DNA of 64,000 bases from an uncultured Actinomycetota bacterium (GTDB lineage Bacteria; Actinomycetota; Actinomycetes; JAHEKZ01), in contig CAVQHW010000004.1 of assembly GCA_963712425.1 (NCBI GenBank), positions 216,670 through 280,669 on the forward strand, given 5' to 3'. Under the pieces are notes generated by a model that worked only from the letters and a program-made list of their open reading frames with translations, searched no databases and was not told the DNA's origin. Below, piece by piece: positions 1 to 12,134 of this stretch. Within the stretch, counting starts at the first letter, position 1; each line of letters opens with the position of its first letter. The position numbers were made by a program, and so were the translations under genes.

Positions 1-1
1 A

Positions 2-574
2 CCTCCCTTCGGTGCAACGCCCACGCGCGGGCGTGGGCGTCCCGCGCGCACCTTCTCGCTGACCGCCGAGGGTCGGGCGCATTTTCCAGCTGACTACGAC
101 GGCCTCGCCGCCGCTGCCCTTGAGTTCGTCGAGCAGCTCGGTGGCCCGGACGCAGTGGTGGCATTCGCCGAGTCACGGGCCGCTGCCCTCGAACAGCAAC
201 TACGTGAGTACCTCGGTGATGAGTGGCAAGGTGCTGGCGACGTCGACCAGGCGAAGGCCTTCGCGACCGCGTTGAGCGATCTTGGCTACGCCACCAGTGC
301 CGAACCTGCGCCTTCCGGCGTCCAGGTGTGCCAGCACCACTGCCCGGTTGCGGACATCGCCCAGCAGTACCCACAACTGTGCGAGGCGGAAACAGCAGCC
401 TTTGCTCGGCTGCTCGGCCACCACGTACAACGACTCGCCACGATCGCTCACGGCGACGGGGTCTGCACGACTGCCATCCCGCTCATCGTTGCCGAATCAT
501 CCGAATCATCTGAATCACATGTGGCATCGGCAACACCAGTTTCACCCCCACCAACGGAGAGGACCTCCGCATGA
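2..574 (+). CDS. sufR: SufR-like ArsR-family regulator of the suf operon. The 5' end is truncated by the window edge. C-terminal Cys residues are consistent with an Fe-S sensing regulator.
   Basis: The frame is open from base 2. The protein reads ...[31 protein letters not shown]...[21 protein letters not shown]. It lies immediately upstream of sufB with an overlapping stop/start (ATGA). Confidence 0.7.
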   Translation, partial: PPFGATPTRGRGRPARTFSLTAEGRAHFPADYDGLAAAALEFVEQLGGPDAVVAFAESRAAALEQQLREYLGDEWQGAGDVDQAKAFATALSDLGYATSAEPAPSGVQVCQHHCPVADIAQQYPQLCEAETAAFARLLGHHVQRLATIAHGDGVCTTAIPLIVAESSESSESHVASATPVSPPPTERTSA

Positions 575-2004
575 GTACCACCGTTCCCAGCCCGGTCGCC
601 GAGAACATCGAGAGCCTCGGAAGCATGGGTACCTACGAGTACGGCTGGCGTGATGCCGACGCTGCCGGTAGTGGGGCCCAGCGTGGGTTGTCAGAGGCAG
701 TGGTCCGCGACATCTCGTCGAAGAAGAGTGAGCCCGAGTGGATGTTGGAGATGAGGCTCAAGTCGCTTCGACTCTTCGGCAAGAAGCCCATGCCGACCTG
801 GGGCTCTGACCTCTCTGGCATCGACTTCGACAACATCAAGTACTTCGTGCGGTCAACTGAGAAGCAGGCGACGTCGTGGGAGGAACTTCCAGACGACATC
901 AAGAACACCTATGACCGACTAGGTATCCCTGAGGCCGAGAAGCAACGTCTGGTAGCTGGGGTTGCGGCCCAGTACGAGTCAGAGGTCGTCTACCACGCAA
1001 TTCGCGAAGACCTCGAAGAGCAGGGAGTGTTGTTCCTCGATACTGACACCGCGCTTCGCGAGCACCCCGAGATTTTCCGTGAGTACTTCGGCACCGTGAT
1101 TCCGCCCGGCGACAACAAGTTCGCCGCACTCAACACGTCGGTGTGGTCGGGTGGGTCGTTTATCTATGTGCCGAAGGGCGTGCACGTTGACATCCCGCTG
1201 CAGGCCTACTTCCGCATTAACACCGAGAACATGGGGCAGTTCGAACGCACCCTGATCATCGTTGACGAAGGTGCCTACGTGCACTACGTCGAGGGCTGCA
1301 CCGCCCCCATCTACTCCAGCGACTCGCTTCACTCTGCCGTCGTTGAGATCATCGTGAAGAAGAACGCTCGCTGCCGCTACACCACCATCCAGAACTGGTC
1401 CAACAACGTCTACAACCTGGTCACCAAGCGGGCTGTTGCCCACGAGGGCGCGACCATGGAGTGGGTCGACGGCAACATCGGGTCCAAGGTCACAATGAAG
1501 TACCCGGCCATCTGGTTGGTTGGCGAGCACGCTAAAGGCGAAACCCTCTCGGTGGCGTTCGCAGGTGAAGGCCAGCACCAAGACGCCGGGTCGAAGATGG
1601 TGCACGCGGCACCGAACACGTCATCGAGTGTTGTCTCGAAGTCTGTGGCGCGAGGCGGAGGGCGCACCTCATACCGCGGGCTCGTCCAGATCAAAGAAGG
1701 CAGCCACGGGTCGAAGTCGACAGTGAAGTGCGATGCCTTGCTCGTCGACGACATCAGTCGTTCCGATACCTACCCCTACGCCGACATCCGTGAAGATGAC
1801 GTGTCCATGGGTCATGAGGCCACGGTGACGAAGTTGTCAGAAGACCAGCTGTTCTACCTGATGAGTCGCGGCATGACCGAAGACGAGGCCATGGCCATGA
1901 TCGTGCGCGGCTTTGTCGAGCCCATTGCTCGTGAGCTGCCGATGGAGTACGCCCTTGAGCTCAACCGACTCATCGAGCTTCAGATGGAAGGGGCGGTGGG
2001 CTAG
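571..2004 (+). CDS. sufB: Fe-S cluster assembly protein SufB
   Basis: 477 aa with full-length similarity to SufB (Rv1461-like). The start overlaps the sufR stop. Confidence 0.92.
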   Translation: MSTTVPSPVAENIESLGSMGTYEYGWRDADAAGSGAQRGLSEAVVRDISSKKSEPEWMLEMRLKSLRLFGKKPMPTWGSDLSGIDFDNIKYFVRSTEKQATSWEELPDDIKNTYDRLGIPEAEKQRLVAGVAAQYESEVVYHAIREDLEEQGVLFLDTDTALREHPEIFREYFGTVIPPGDNKFAALNTSVWSGGSFIYVPKGVHVDIPLQAYFRINTENMGQFERTLIIVDEGAYVHYVEGCTAPIYSSDSLHSAVVEIIVKKNARCRYTTIQNWSNNVYNLVTKRAVAHEGATMEWVDGNIGSKVTMKYPAIWLVGEHAKGETLSVAFAGEGQHQDAGSKMVHAAPNTSSSVVSKSVARGGGRTSYRGLVQIKEGSHGSKSTVKCDALLVDDISRSDTYPYADIREDDVSMGHEATVTKLSEDQLFYLMSRGMTEDEAMAMIVRGFVEPIARELPMEYALELNRLIELQMEGAVG

Positions 2005-2006
2005 CA

Positions 2007-3206
2007 GTGACCGCACCGACCGTGTCGGCCGCACCAGTGGTCGACCGCAGTGAACGTCTGCGCTCTGTGCAGGCGTCAGACTTTCCCGTCCCCACCGGGC
2101 GCGAAGAAGAGTGGCGGTTCACGCCGTTGGCACGACTTCGAGACCTGCTCCCCGAGCAGGTTGAGGGGGTGTCGGGTTCTGGGTCAGTGTCGTTCGACGT
2201 CATGGCACCCACCGGGGTCAAGGTCGAACGAGTCGAACTGCGGGTAGACCGGTCTGCCGAGCGCTCGAACGCCCAGCACCCGAACGATGGGCGGATCGGT
2301 GCCATCGGAACGCCGTCAGACCGGGTCGCCGCGCTGGCTATGTCTGCGGCTGAGGCGGCAACCGTCATCACGGTGCCGCGTGACACCCAGCTACCCGAGC
2401 CCATCATCGTGCGGATTGAAGGCAGCAGCATCGAGCCGGCTGACTTCGGCCATGTCCTTCTCGACATCGAGCCGCTGGCGTCTGCCGTGGTGATCCTCGA
2501 CTACGTCGGGTCAGCCACCTATGCCGACAACGTCGAGATCCGCGTCGCTGATCAGGGACACCTCACGGTGGTGTCCCTGTACGACTGGGCACTCGACGCA
2601 GTCCACCTGTCAGAGCACCATGTGCAAGTCGGACGCGATGCTCGGGTCATGCACGTCGTGGTCTCTCTCGGTGGCGATGTCGTCCGGGTGTTGCCCGAGG
2701 TGTCCTTCGCCGGCCCTGGCGGCGACGTCGAGCTCTTGGGCCTGTTCTTCACCGATCCCCACCAACACCACGAGCACCGCATATTTGTCGACCACTCCGA
2801 ACCACACTGCCGCAGCAACGTGAACTACAAGGGAGCCCTCATCGGTGAGGGAGCTCATTCGGTCTGGATCGGCGACGTCCTCATCCGGGCCAACGCCGTC
2901 GGAACCGAGACCTACGAAATCAACCGCAACCTGCTGTTGAGCGATGGTCCCAGGGCCGACTCGGTTCCAAACCTTGAGATCGAGACGGGGGATGTCGCTA
3001 GCGCAGGTCATGCCTCTGTCACCGGAAGACTCGATGACGACCAGTTGTTCTATCTGATGTCTCGTGGAGTTCCCGAGCTCGAGGCCCGCCGATTGGTCGT
3101 CAATGGCTTCTTCGCCGAGATGCGTGACCGCATCGGCGTCCCGTATGTCACAGAAAGACTGACGACCGCACTAGAGACCGAACTGGAAAGGGCCACTGCA
3201 TCGTGA
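2007..3206 (+). CDS. sufD: Fe-S cluster assembly protein SufD
   Basis: 399 aa. It has the SufD C-terminal beta-helix motifs ([11 protein letters not shown]) and follows sufB. Confidence 0.88.
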   Translation: MTAPTVSAAPVVDRSERLRSVQASDFPVPTGREEEWRFTPLARLRDLLPEQVEGVSGSGSVSFDVMAPTGVKVERVELRVDRSAERSNAQHPNDGRIGAIGTPSDRVAALAMSAAEAATVITVPRDTQLPEPIIVRIEGSSIEPADFGHVLLDIEPLASAVVILDYVGSATYADNVEIRVADQGHLTVVSLYDWALDAVHLSEHHVQVGRDARVMHVVVSLGGDVVRVLPEVSFAGPGGDVELLGLFFTDPHQHHEHRIFVDHSEPHCRSNVNYKGALIGEGAHSVWIGDVLIRANAVGTETYEINRNLLLSDGPRADSVPNLEIETGDVASAGHASVTGRLDDDQLFYLMSRGVPELEARRLVVNGFFAEMRDRIGVPYVTERLTTALETELERATAS

Positions 3207-3547
3207 CCGCCGAGAACGTTACTGACAACTCCGCTGAGCCTGGCACCTTCGCACGTGTGTGTTCCTTGGGCGACCTCAGCGACGGCCAGCCGCATAAGGC
3301 AGTCGTCGGTGAAACCGCTATCGCAGTGGTCCTCACCGAAGGTGAGGTCTACGCGATCAATGACACCTGCTCGCACGGTCAAGTCTCCCTCGCCGAGGGC
3401 GAGGTTGAAGGCTGCCTGTTGGAGTGCTGGCTCCACGGCTCGCAGTTCGACCTACGCACTGGCCAACCCGTTTCGCTTCCGGCGACCGATCCCGTTCCCG
3501 TCTACCCCGTCAAGGTCGAAGACGACACCGTCTTCGTCCGCGTTTGA
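3203..3547 (+). CDS. Rieske (2Fe-2S) ferredoxin-like protein embedded in the suf operon
   Basis: 114 aa with the CxH...CxxH Rieske motifs (CSHGQVSLAEGE...CWLHGSQFD). It overlaps the sufD stop. Confidence 0.85.
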   Translation: MTAENVTDNSAEPGTFARVCSLGDLSDGQPHKAVVGETAIAVVLTEGEVYAINDTCSHGQVSLAEGEVEGCLLECWLHGSQFDLRTGQPVSLPATDPVPVYPVKVEDDTVFVRV

Positions 3548-3561
3548 GGAGCAACAAACAG

Positions 3562-4332
3562 ATGAGTGTCCTCGAGGTACGAGACCTCCACGTGTCGGTC
3601 ACGACCGACGAAGGCGCGCGGGTCATCCTGCGCGGCGTCGACCTGACGATTGCCGGGGGCGAGACCCACGCACTGATGGGTCCCAACGGCTCTGGCAAGT
3701 CGACGTTGGCCTACGCGATCGCCGGCCATCCGCGTTACGAGGTGACATCGGGGAGCATCACCCTCGATGGTGAGGACGTTCTCGACATGTCAGTCGATGA
3801 ACGCGCCCGCGCCGGTCTCTTCTTGGCAATGCAGTATCCCGTCGAGGTTCCTGGGGTATCGGTCACCAACTTCCTCAGGACCGCAGCGACCGCCGTGCGC
3901 GGTGAGGCTCCGAAGGTGCGCCACTGGGTGAAAGAAGTTCGCGAAACGATGGACCAGCTGTCGATGGATCCGTCATTTGCCGAACGGAATGTCAACGAGG
4001 GTTTCTCTGGTGGTGAGAAGAAGCGATCAGAGCTGCTGCAACTCGAGTTGCTGCAGCCGAAGATTGCGATCCTTGACGAGATCGACTCAGGTCTTGACGT
4101 CGATGCGCTCAAGGTCGTCTCCGAGGGAATCAACCGCGTGAGTGCCAGCAGTGAGACGGGCGTCATGCTGATTACGCACTACACACGAATCCTCCGCTAC
4201 GTGAAGCCTGACCACGTTCACGTCTTCGCAGGTGGGCGCATCGTTGAGCATGGCGGCCCTGAACTGGCCGAGTCGCTTGAAGCCGAGGGATACGAGCGCT
4301 ACGCAGACAAGTCGTTGACCGCCGCGGGCTGA
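3562..4332 (+). CDS. sufC: Fe-S cluster assembly ATPase SufC
   Basis: Carries Walker A (GPNGSGKST), an ABC signature (FSGGEKKR) and Walker B (ILDEIDSG). A GGAG ribosome-binding site (RBS) sits 9 nt upstream of the ATG at 3562. Confidence 0.9.
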   Translation: MSVLEVRDLHVSVTTDEGARVILRGVDLTIAGGETHALMGPNGSGKSTLAYAIAGHPRYEVTSGSITLDGEDVLDMSVDERARAGLFLAMQYPVEVPGVSVTNFLRTAATAVRGEAPKVRHWVKEVRETMDQLSMDPSFAERNVNEGFSGGEKKRSELLQLELLQPKIAILDEIDSGLDVDALKVVSEGINRVSASSETGVMLITHYTRILRYVKPDHVHVFAGGRIVEHGGPELAESLEAEGYERYADKSLTAAG

Positions 4333-6133
<1,801 letters not shown>

Positions 6134-6137
<4 letters not shown>

Positions 6138-6487
6138 CCGAGGCCACTGAGACTTCAGATGAGACTTCTGAGCCGACACTCGACGACCTCACCGAAGCAA
6201 TGCGTGACGTTGTCGACCCAGAGCTGGGCATCAACGTTGTCGACCTGGGCCTGGTGTACGGCATCAGCGTTGAAGGATCCGACGGTGAGCGTGCAGCAAT
6301 CGTTGACATGACGTTGACATCGGCCGCGTGTCCGTTGACCGACGTGATCGAGGACCAGACAAATGTTGCGCTTGGCACGCTGGTCGACGCGGTACGGATC
6401 AACTGGGTCTGGATGCCCCCGTGGGGTCCAGACAAGATCACCGATGACGGCCGCGAGCAGTTGCGCGCACTGGGCTTTAACGTCTAA
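6134..6487 (+). CDS. sufT: SufT / DUF59 Fe-S assembly protein
   Basis: 117 aa. Matches the DUF59 pattern (VVDPELGINVVDLGLVYG...CPL) and is the terminal gene of the suf operon. Confidence 0.8.
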
Positions 6488-6576
6488 CCCGGCGTTCAAC
6501 ATCTGAAGCGGGCCGAAACGCCTGAACACCTGAAACTGATTCGTATCTGGCGCTCTGAGGTCGCCATACTTCGCCC

Positions 6577-8169
6577 ATGATCACTGCTGCCGACGTCGAG
6601 TTGCGGGCCGGGTCACGCCTGCTCGTCGAAGGCGCGACTTTTCGCGTTGCTTCCGGCGAGAAGGTCGGTCTGGTTGGACGCAACGGGGCTGGGAAGACGA
6701 CGTTGACGAGAGCCTTGGCTGGAGACTCGCAGCCGGCCTCGGGCACCATCACGCGCAGCGGCACCATCGGCTACCTGCCTCAGGATCCGCGCACCGGAGA
6801 CCTCGAGCAGTTGGCATCCGCACGCATCCTGAGCGTGCGCGGCCTCGACGTCATCACCGAGCAGCTCCGCGCCTCCGAGCTCGCCATGGCCGCGGCCAAC
6901 GACCGAGATCGGGCCATGAGCCGCTACGCGCGGCTCGAGGCGGAGTTCATGGCAGCCGGTGGGTACGCCGCCGAATCCGCAGCAGCGCGGATCGCTTCCA
7001 GCCTGGGACTCTCAGAGCGGGCGCTTGGCCAACCCCTCGGGACCTTGTCCGGTGGACAACGCCGCCGCGTCGAGTTGGCGCGCATTCTGTTCAGCGATGC
7101 CAGCACGCTGTTGCTCGATGAACCGACCAACCACCTCGACGCTGACTCGATCGTCTGGCTTCGTGACTTCTTGCGTTCGTACTCCGGCGGAGTTGTCGTC
7201 ATCTCCCACGACGTCGAACTGCTCGAGGACACCGTGAATCGGGTGTTCCACCTCGACGCAAACCGTGCCGAGATCGACGTCTACAACATGGGGTGGCGTG
7301 CCTACTTGGAGCAGCGCGAGACCGACGAGAGGCGGCGGCGGCGAGAGCGATCGAATGCTGAGAAGCAAGCCACCGCATTGCGCGATCAGGCCCTGCGGAT
7401 GCGCGCGAAGGCCACCAAGGCCAAGGCGGCTCAGAACATGATGCGCCGCGCCGATCGCCTGACAGACGTCCTGGAGGGTGAGCGACGAAGTGACAAGGTG
7501 GCTCGCATCCGCTTTCCGCGTCCTGCGGCCTGTGGCAAGACTCCGCTGACGGCTCAAGCCCTTTCGAAGTCATACGGATCCCTCGAGGTGTTCACCGACG
7601 TCGATCTCGCCATCGATCGCGGGTCCCGAGTCGTCGTGCTGGGTCTCAACGGGGCAGGCAAGACCACCCTGCTGAGGCTGCTCGCCGGCGTTGAGCCCTC
7701 AGATACCGGCAGCATCGAGCCAGGTCATGGGCTACGGCTGGGCTATTACGCCCAGGAGCACGAAACCCTCGACGCTACCCAGACGGTGCTCGAGAACATC
7801 TTGTCGTCGTCACCAGCGCTGTCTGAAAGTGAGGCCCGCAGCCTGCTGGGCAGCTTCCTGTTCAGCGGTGACACGGTCCATCAGCCAGCAGGCACGCTGT
7901 CTGGTGGCGAGAAGACTCGCCTCGCCCTGGCATGCCTGGTGGTCTCGAGTGCCAATGTGCTGTTGCTGGACGAACCCACGAACAACCTCGACCCCGCCAG
8001 TCGCGCTGAGATCCTCACAGCGCTTCGCGGGTATGAGGGGGCCATCGTGCTCGTGACCCACGATGAGGGCGCGGTCGACGCGTTGAGCCCGGAACGCCTG
8101 ATTCTGTTGCCAGATGGCGTAGAGGACTTCTGGTCTGCCGATTACGCGGATCTCGTGGCACTGGCGTAG
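6577..8169 (+). CDS. ABC-F family ATPase with two nucleotide-binding domains and no transmembrane domains
   Basis: 530 aa. Two Walker A motifs (GRNGAGKTT, GLNGAGKTT), two signature motifs (LSGGQRRR, LSGGEKTR) and an Arg/Lys-rich interdomain linker. Confidence 0.85.
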   Translation: MITAADVELRAGSRLLVEGATFRVASGEKVGLVGRNGAGKTTLTRALAGDSQPASGTITRSGTIGYLPQDPRTGDLEQLASARILSVRGLDVITEQLRASELAMAAANDRDRAMSRYARLEAEFMAAGGYAAESAAARIASSLGLSERALGQPLGTLSGGQRRRVELARILFSDASTLLLDEPTNHLDADSIVWLRDFLRSYSGGVVVISHDVELLEDTVNRVFHLDANRAEIDVYNMGWRAYLEQRETDERRRRRERSNAEKQATALRDQALRMRAKATKAKAAQNMMRRADRLTDVLEGERRSDKVARIRFPRPAACGKTPLTAQALSKSYGSLEVFTDVDLAIDRGSRVVVLGLNGAGKTTLLRLLAGVEPSDTGSIEPGHGLRLGYYAQEHETLDATQTVLENILSSSPALSESEARSLLGSFLFSGDTVHQPAGTLSGGEKTRLALACLVVSSANVLLLDEPTNNLDPASRAEILTALRGYEGAIVLVTHDEGAVDALSPERLILLPDGVEDFWSADYADLVALA

Positions 8170-8305
8170 GTTCACTACGTAGGTTCAAGGTAGCGAGACT
8201 CGGAGCGCCCACGTTTTAAGTGGCCGAGTAGTGGGGTATCACCCATGATGGAACGAAGACGACTGGTACCGATGCACACCGGTACTGGCGACCAAGGAGG
8301 CGGTT

Positions 8306-8533
8306 GTGACTGAGAGTCGATCCCTGTCCCCGCTGAACAAGGGGCGGAGAATCACCGGAGATGAGCGCGGAGCGTTGTCGGGTGAGTTGCGCCGCCAGTA
8401 TGAGGCGGGCCGCAGCATTCGCGACTTGGCGGCCGACACCGGGCGCTCGTACGGGTTCATCCACCGCGTCTTGATGGAGTCTGGCGCGAAGCTGCGGGGA
8501 CGAGGCGGGGCTAACCGCCGACCAGCACGATAG
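8306..8533 (+). CDS. Small helix-turn-helix domain protein, similar to actinobacterial Rv1473A-type regulators
   Basis: 75 aa with an HTH-like segment (RSIRDLAADTGRSYGFIHRVL). It sits between the ABC-F and the ABC exporter. Confidence 0.55.
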   Translation: MTESRSLSPLNKGRRITGDERGALSGELRRQYEAGRSIRDLAADTGRSYGFIHRVLMESGAKLRGRGGANRRPAR

Positions 8534-8640
8534 GCGTTCGCTCCACGCGTACTCCGGCTTGGAACATCTGGGAAGCCGTGAGCCCCCATTGTCGTTGCCG
8601 CATTTTAGGGTGAGGGCGACACACACGCTGGAGGCGCCGA

Positions 8641-10503
8641 GTGAGTATGCAGTCGTGGATGACGCTGCGCTCGTATTCTCGCGATAGCAGCGTTACCCGT
8701 CAGCACCTCGCGCCCGGCACGGTTCGTCGCATTGGTGGGTACGCACGGCCTTACAAGTGGGCGATCGTCTTCTTCCTGGTCCTCACCGTCATCGATGCAT
8801 TGTTGGTCGTGGCGACTCCTTTGCTCCTTGCCCGCCTCATCGATGATGGCGTGGAGCAAGGTGACCGCCAGGTCGTTGTCATCCTCGCCCTGATCGTGGC
8901 CGGGCTGGCGATCCTGGATGCCGGGCTGGCGCTCGTGCTGCGCTGGTACTCGGCGCGCATCGGTGAGGGCCTCATCTACGACCTTCGGCGCGAGGTGTTC
9001 GACCACGTTCAACGCATGCCCTTGGCGTTCTTTGTGCGCACGCAGACAGGCGCCCTGATCTCACGCCTCAACAACGACGTCATCGGTGCGCAACAGGCCT
9101 TCACCACGACGCTTTCCAGCGTGGTCGCCAATGTGATCAGTGTCATTGTGGTGACTATCGCGATGCTCGCGCTGTCGTGGCAGATCACGTTGGCATCGCT
9201 GGTCTTGCTGCCGGTGTTCCTTGTTCCTGCTCGCTATGTCGGGCGTCACCTCGCCCAAATGACACGCGACTCCATGCAGATGAATGCCGATATGAGCTCG
9301 ACGATGACCGAGCGCTTCAATGTGTCGGGTGCATTGCTCGTGAAGTTGTTCGGGCGACTTGACGTCGAGCGCGATCAGTTCAGCTCTCGTGCGGCCCAGG
9401 TGGCTGACATCGGGGTGCGCATTGCCATGGCCAACCGCGCCTTTTTTGTCGCTCTCACCCTCATCGCATCGCTTGCGACCGCCTTGGTGTACGGAGCCGG
9501 TGGTCTGATGGCTATTGAAGGGACGCTGACGACAGGCGTACTGGTCGCACTGGCGGCTCTGCTCACGCGGCTCTACGGCCCGCTGACGGCGCTGTCCAAC
9601 GTGCGCATCGACGTGATGACAGCGCTGGTCAGCTTTGAACGCGTTTTTGAGGTGCTCGACCTTCCTCCGATGATTGCCGACAGCCCAGACGCCCGAGATC
9701 TTCCAACGGGTCCCACCTCAGTGCGGTTCGAGCAGGTGGGCTTTGCCTACCCCACCGCAGACCAGGTCTCATTGGCATCGCTTGAGGTCGTCGCCCGGTC
9801 AGACAGCGCGCCTGGAGGGCCGGTTCTGCACGACATCACGTTCGAGGTGCTGCCTGGTCAGATGGTGGCGATCGTGGGGCCTTCGGGGGCAGGCAAGACC
9901 ACTCTCACCTCGCTGATCCCCAGGCTGTATGACGTCACAGACGGTCGAGTCCTGGTCGGCGGATACGACGTGCGTGATCTCACCTTGGCCTCGCTGCAAG
10001 ATGCCATTGGTGTCGTGACACAAGACGCCCACCTCTTTCACGACACGATCGAAGCCAATCTGCGCTACGCGGCACCCGATGCGAGCGAGTCTGAGCTGTG
10101 GAACGCCCTGCGGTCCGCTCGAATCAGTGAGCTCATAGCCTCGCTGCCTGATGGTCTTGGCACTGTCGTCGGTGATCGAGGTCATCGCCTCTCTGGTGGT
10201 GAGAAGCAGCGTCTTGCCATTGCCAGGTTGCTGCTGAAATCGCCGTCCGTGGTGATTCTTGATGAAGCGACTGCTCATCTCGACAGTGGATCCGAACGAT
10301 TCGTACAAGAGGCACTTGACTCTGCCCTGGTGGGGCGAACCTCACTGGTGATCGCCCACCGGCTGTCGACGGTTCGCGCTGCCGACCTGATTGTCGTCGT
10401 AGACGATGGGCGAATCGTCGAGCGCGGTGACCACCAGAGCCTGCTGGCAAGCGACGGACTCTACGCCGATCTCTACCGCACCCAGTTTGCTCCGCAGTTC
10501 TAG
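8641..10503 (+). CDS. ABC exporter with fused transmembrane and ATP-binding domains (type I exporter)
   Basis: 620 aa. N-terminal six-TM region, then Walker A (GPSGAGKTT), signature (LSGGEKQR) and Walker B (ILDEAT). The start is GTG 8641 or ATG 8647. Confidence 0.85.
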   Translation: MSMQSWMTLRSYSRDSSVTRQHLAPGTVRRIGGYARPYKWAIVFFLVLTVIDALLVVATPLLLARLIDDGVEQGDRQVVVILALIVAGLAILDAGLALVLRWYSARIGEGLIYDLRREVFDHVQRMPLAFFVRTQTGALISRLNNDVIGAQQAFTTTLSSVVANVISVIVVTIAMLALSWQITLASLVLLPVFLVPARYVGRHLAQMTRDSMQMNADMSSTMTERFNVSGALLVKLFGRLDVERDQFSSRAAQVADIGVRIAMANRAFFVALTLIASLATALVYGAGGLMAIEGTLTTGVLVALAALLTRLYGPLTALSNVRIDVMTALVSFERVFEVLDLPPMIADSPDARDLPTGPTSVRFEQVGFAYPTADQVSLASLEVVARSDSAPGGPVLHDITFEVLPGQMVAIVGPSGAGKTTLTSLIPRLYDVTDGRVLVGGYDVRDLTLASLQDAIGVVTQDAHLFHDTIEANLRYAAPDASESELWNALRSARISELIASLPDGLGTVVGDRGHRLSGGEKQRLAIARLLLKSPSVVILDEATAHLDSGSERFVQEALDSALVGRTSLVIAHRLSTVRAADLIVVVDDGRIVERGDHQSLLASDGLYADLYRTQFAPQF

Positions 10504-10524
10504 TCGCCCACCAGATCTGCTGGC

Positions 10525-11286
10525 CTAGATCGAACGCCGTGCGCCACCATCGATCGGAATGAGCGCACCGGTGAGATAAGAGGCTGCGGCAGACAGCGCG
10601 AAGGCCGCGACCGTTCCGAACTCGATCGGGTCACCGTATCGACCGGCCGGGATCGCGGCCTCGCGCCGACGACGAGCCGAGTCACCACGTCCGGCGCGGG
10701 CGTCGAGCTCGCGAGTGCGGTCGGTGTTGATCCACCCAGGCATCAAACCGTTGACGCGGATCGCTCGAGGTGCCAGCTCATCGGCCAGATCTTTGACAAC
10801 CCCAGCCAACCCCGGCCGGAGGCCGTTAGACACCGAGAGGCCCGGGATCGGCTCTCGCGCCGAACTGCTCAAGACAAATGCCAGGGCACCGCCGTCGTCC
10901 ATCGTGGACGCAAGAGCTCTGGCGGTTCGGATCGGCCCCAGGAACACCGACTCGAATGCTGCGCGCCACACATCGTCACTGGTTTCGAGGACGGTGCCCG
11001 CCGGCGGGCCACCGCACGACAACAACGCCCCGTCGATCCGTCCGAAGCGGGCCACCGCAGCGGCAATGAGTCGCTCCTCAGCGCCGGCATCCTTCAGGTC
11101 GGTGGGCACCCCGATGGCTCGGTCAGTTCCACCGAGCGACGCGACAGCTGACGTCAACGCCTCAGGGTCACGAGCGGAGAGCACCACGTGTGCCCCTTCA
11201 GCAACCAGCACTTCGGCGGTTGCTCGCCCGAGCCCCCGACTGCCACCCGTGACGACGAAGACGCGGCCTTGAAGACCGAGATCCAT
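10525..11286 (-). CDS. Short-chain dehydrogenase/reductase (SDR)
   Basis: Rossmann motif TGGSRGLGRA directly follows the ATG at 11286. A YxxxK-type region is present. The ORF-track N-terminal extension is Arg/Pro-rich and was rejected. Confidence 0.8.
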   Translation of the reverse strand: MDLGLQGRVFVVTGGSRGLGRATAEVLVAEGAHVVLSARDPEALTSAVASLGGTDRAIGVPTDLKDAGAEERLIAAAVARFGRIDGALLSCGGPPAGTVLETSDDVWRAAFESVFLGPIRTARALASTMDDGGALAFVLSSSAREPIPGLSVSNGLRPGLAGVVKDLADELAPRAIRVNGLMPGWINTDRTRELDARAGRGDSARRRREAAIPAGRYGDPIEFGTVAAFALSAAASYLTGALIPIDGGARRSI

Positions 11287-11321
11287 GGTGGTCCTTTCCG
11301 GCGGCGGCTGGTACGGCGAGC

Positions 11322-12134
11322 CTATCCAGGCCGTGTGGGCTCTTCGGCCTCCTGGACGCCGTGAGGTGCGGGTGTGTCGGCCTGCTGCTGATCGTGGCGG
11401 GCCTCGCGGCGCATCAGCAGCAGCAGGCCGATGAGCGCGATTGGAATGAAGAGCCACCATTGGTACGCGTAGAACAGGTGCGGCCCCATGCCGAGATCGG
11501 CCGCTTCAGGGCGCTCGAGGTCGGAGCCATCGTCTGGGGTCTGGTCGACCAGATCCCCATAGGCCACGTAGACCGGTCCTGGCAGCGGTGCCGGGTAGTC
11601 ACGTGGGTCGATGTCGTAGACCTGCCCAGTCGGCGCCGTCCGGTCCGTGGTGTCCTGTGGAGCTCGGACGCGCATCACGAGCTCCACAGGACCACTGGCG
11701 GGTACCAGGCCATCGAGGTCGCTCGGAGTATTGGGGTTCGTGGTCGATGGCGGTACGAAACCACGATTGACAATCACTGTGCCCCCGGTGTCGAGCTCGA
11801 GCGGAGTGAGCACGGCATAGCCCGCGCGTCCTGACGGGTTGCGCTGCAGCACCTGGGCATCGGTCAGGTACTGCCCAGCCGCCGTCGTGAGGCGATGCTC
11901 GGCCCCGGTCGGCAGGTTGGTCGGATCGGGCATGAGATCGGAGAGGGGCTGCTCGGGTGCCTGTTGGGCGGCTTCGACCGCGGCATTGCGGGCGGAACGA
12001 TCTTCATGTCGGTGCCATTGCCAGAGCCCGAGCCACCAGAAAAGCACGCACAGCCCGACGGTGATGGCGAGGAAGGCCAACCATCGCGGTTGCCGAACGA
12101 GCGAGAACACGCCACGAAGGTAGCCTGGAGTCAT
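11322..12134 (-). CDS. SURF1-family membrane protein (cytochrome oxidase assembly)
   Basis: N-terminal TM helix (LAFLAITVGLCVLFWWLGLWQ) and C-terminal TM helix, a typical SURF1 topology. The start is ambiguous: the ATG at 12134 overlaps the divergent moaA ATG. Confidence 0.6.
   Translation of the reverse strand: MTPGYLRGVFSLVRQPRWLAFLAITVGLCVLFWWLGLWQWHRHEDRSARNAAVEAAQQAPEQPLSDLMPDPTNLPTGAEHRLTTAAGQYLTDAQVLQRNPSGRAGYAVLTPLELDTGGTVIVNRGFVPPSTTNPNTPSDLDGLVPASGPVELVMRVRAPQDTTDRTAPTGQVYDIDPRDYPAPLPGPVYVAYGDLVDQTPDDGSDLERPEAADLGMGPHLFYAYQWWLFIPIALIGLLLLMRREARHDQQQADTPAPHGVQEAEEPTRPG

Noticed and set aside
11287-11460. A 58-codon N-terminal extension of the SDR ORF (10525..11460)
   Set aside because: The extension is Arg/Pro-rich with no homology. 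The Rossmann motif TGGSRGLG follows immediately after the internal ATG at 11286, which is the family-typical position.
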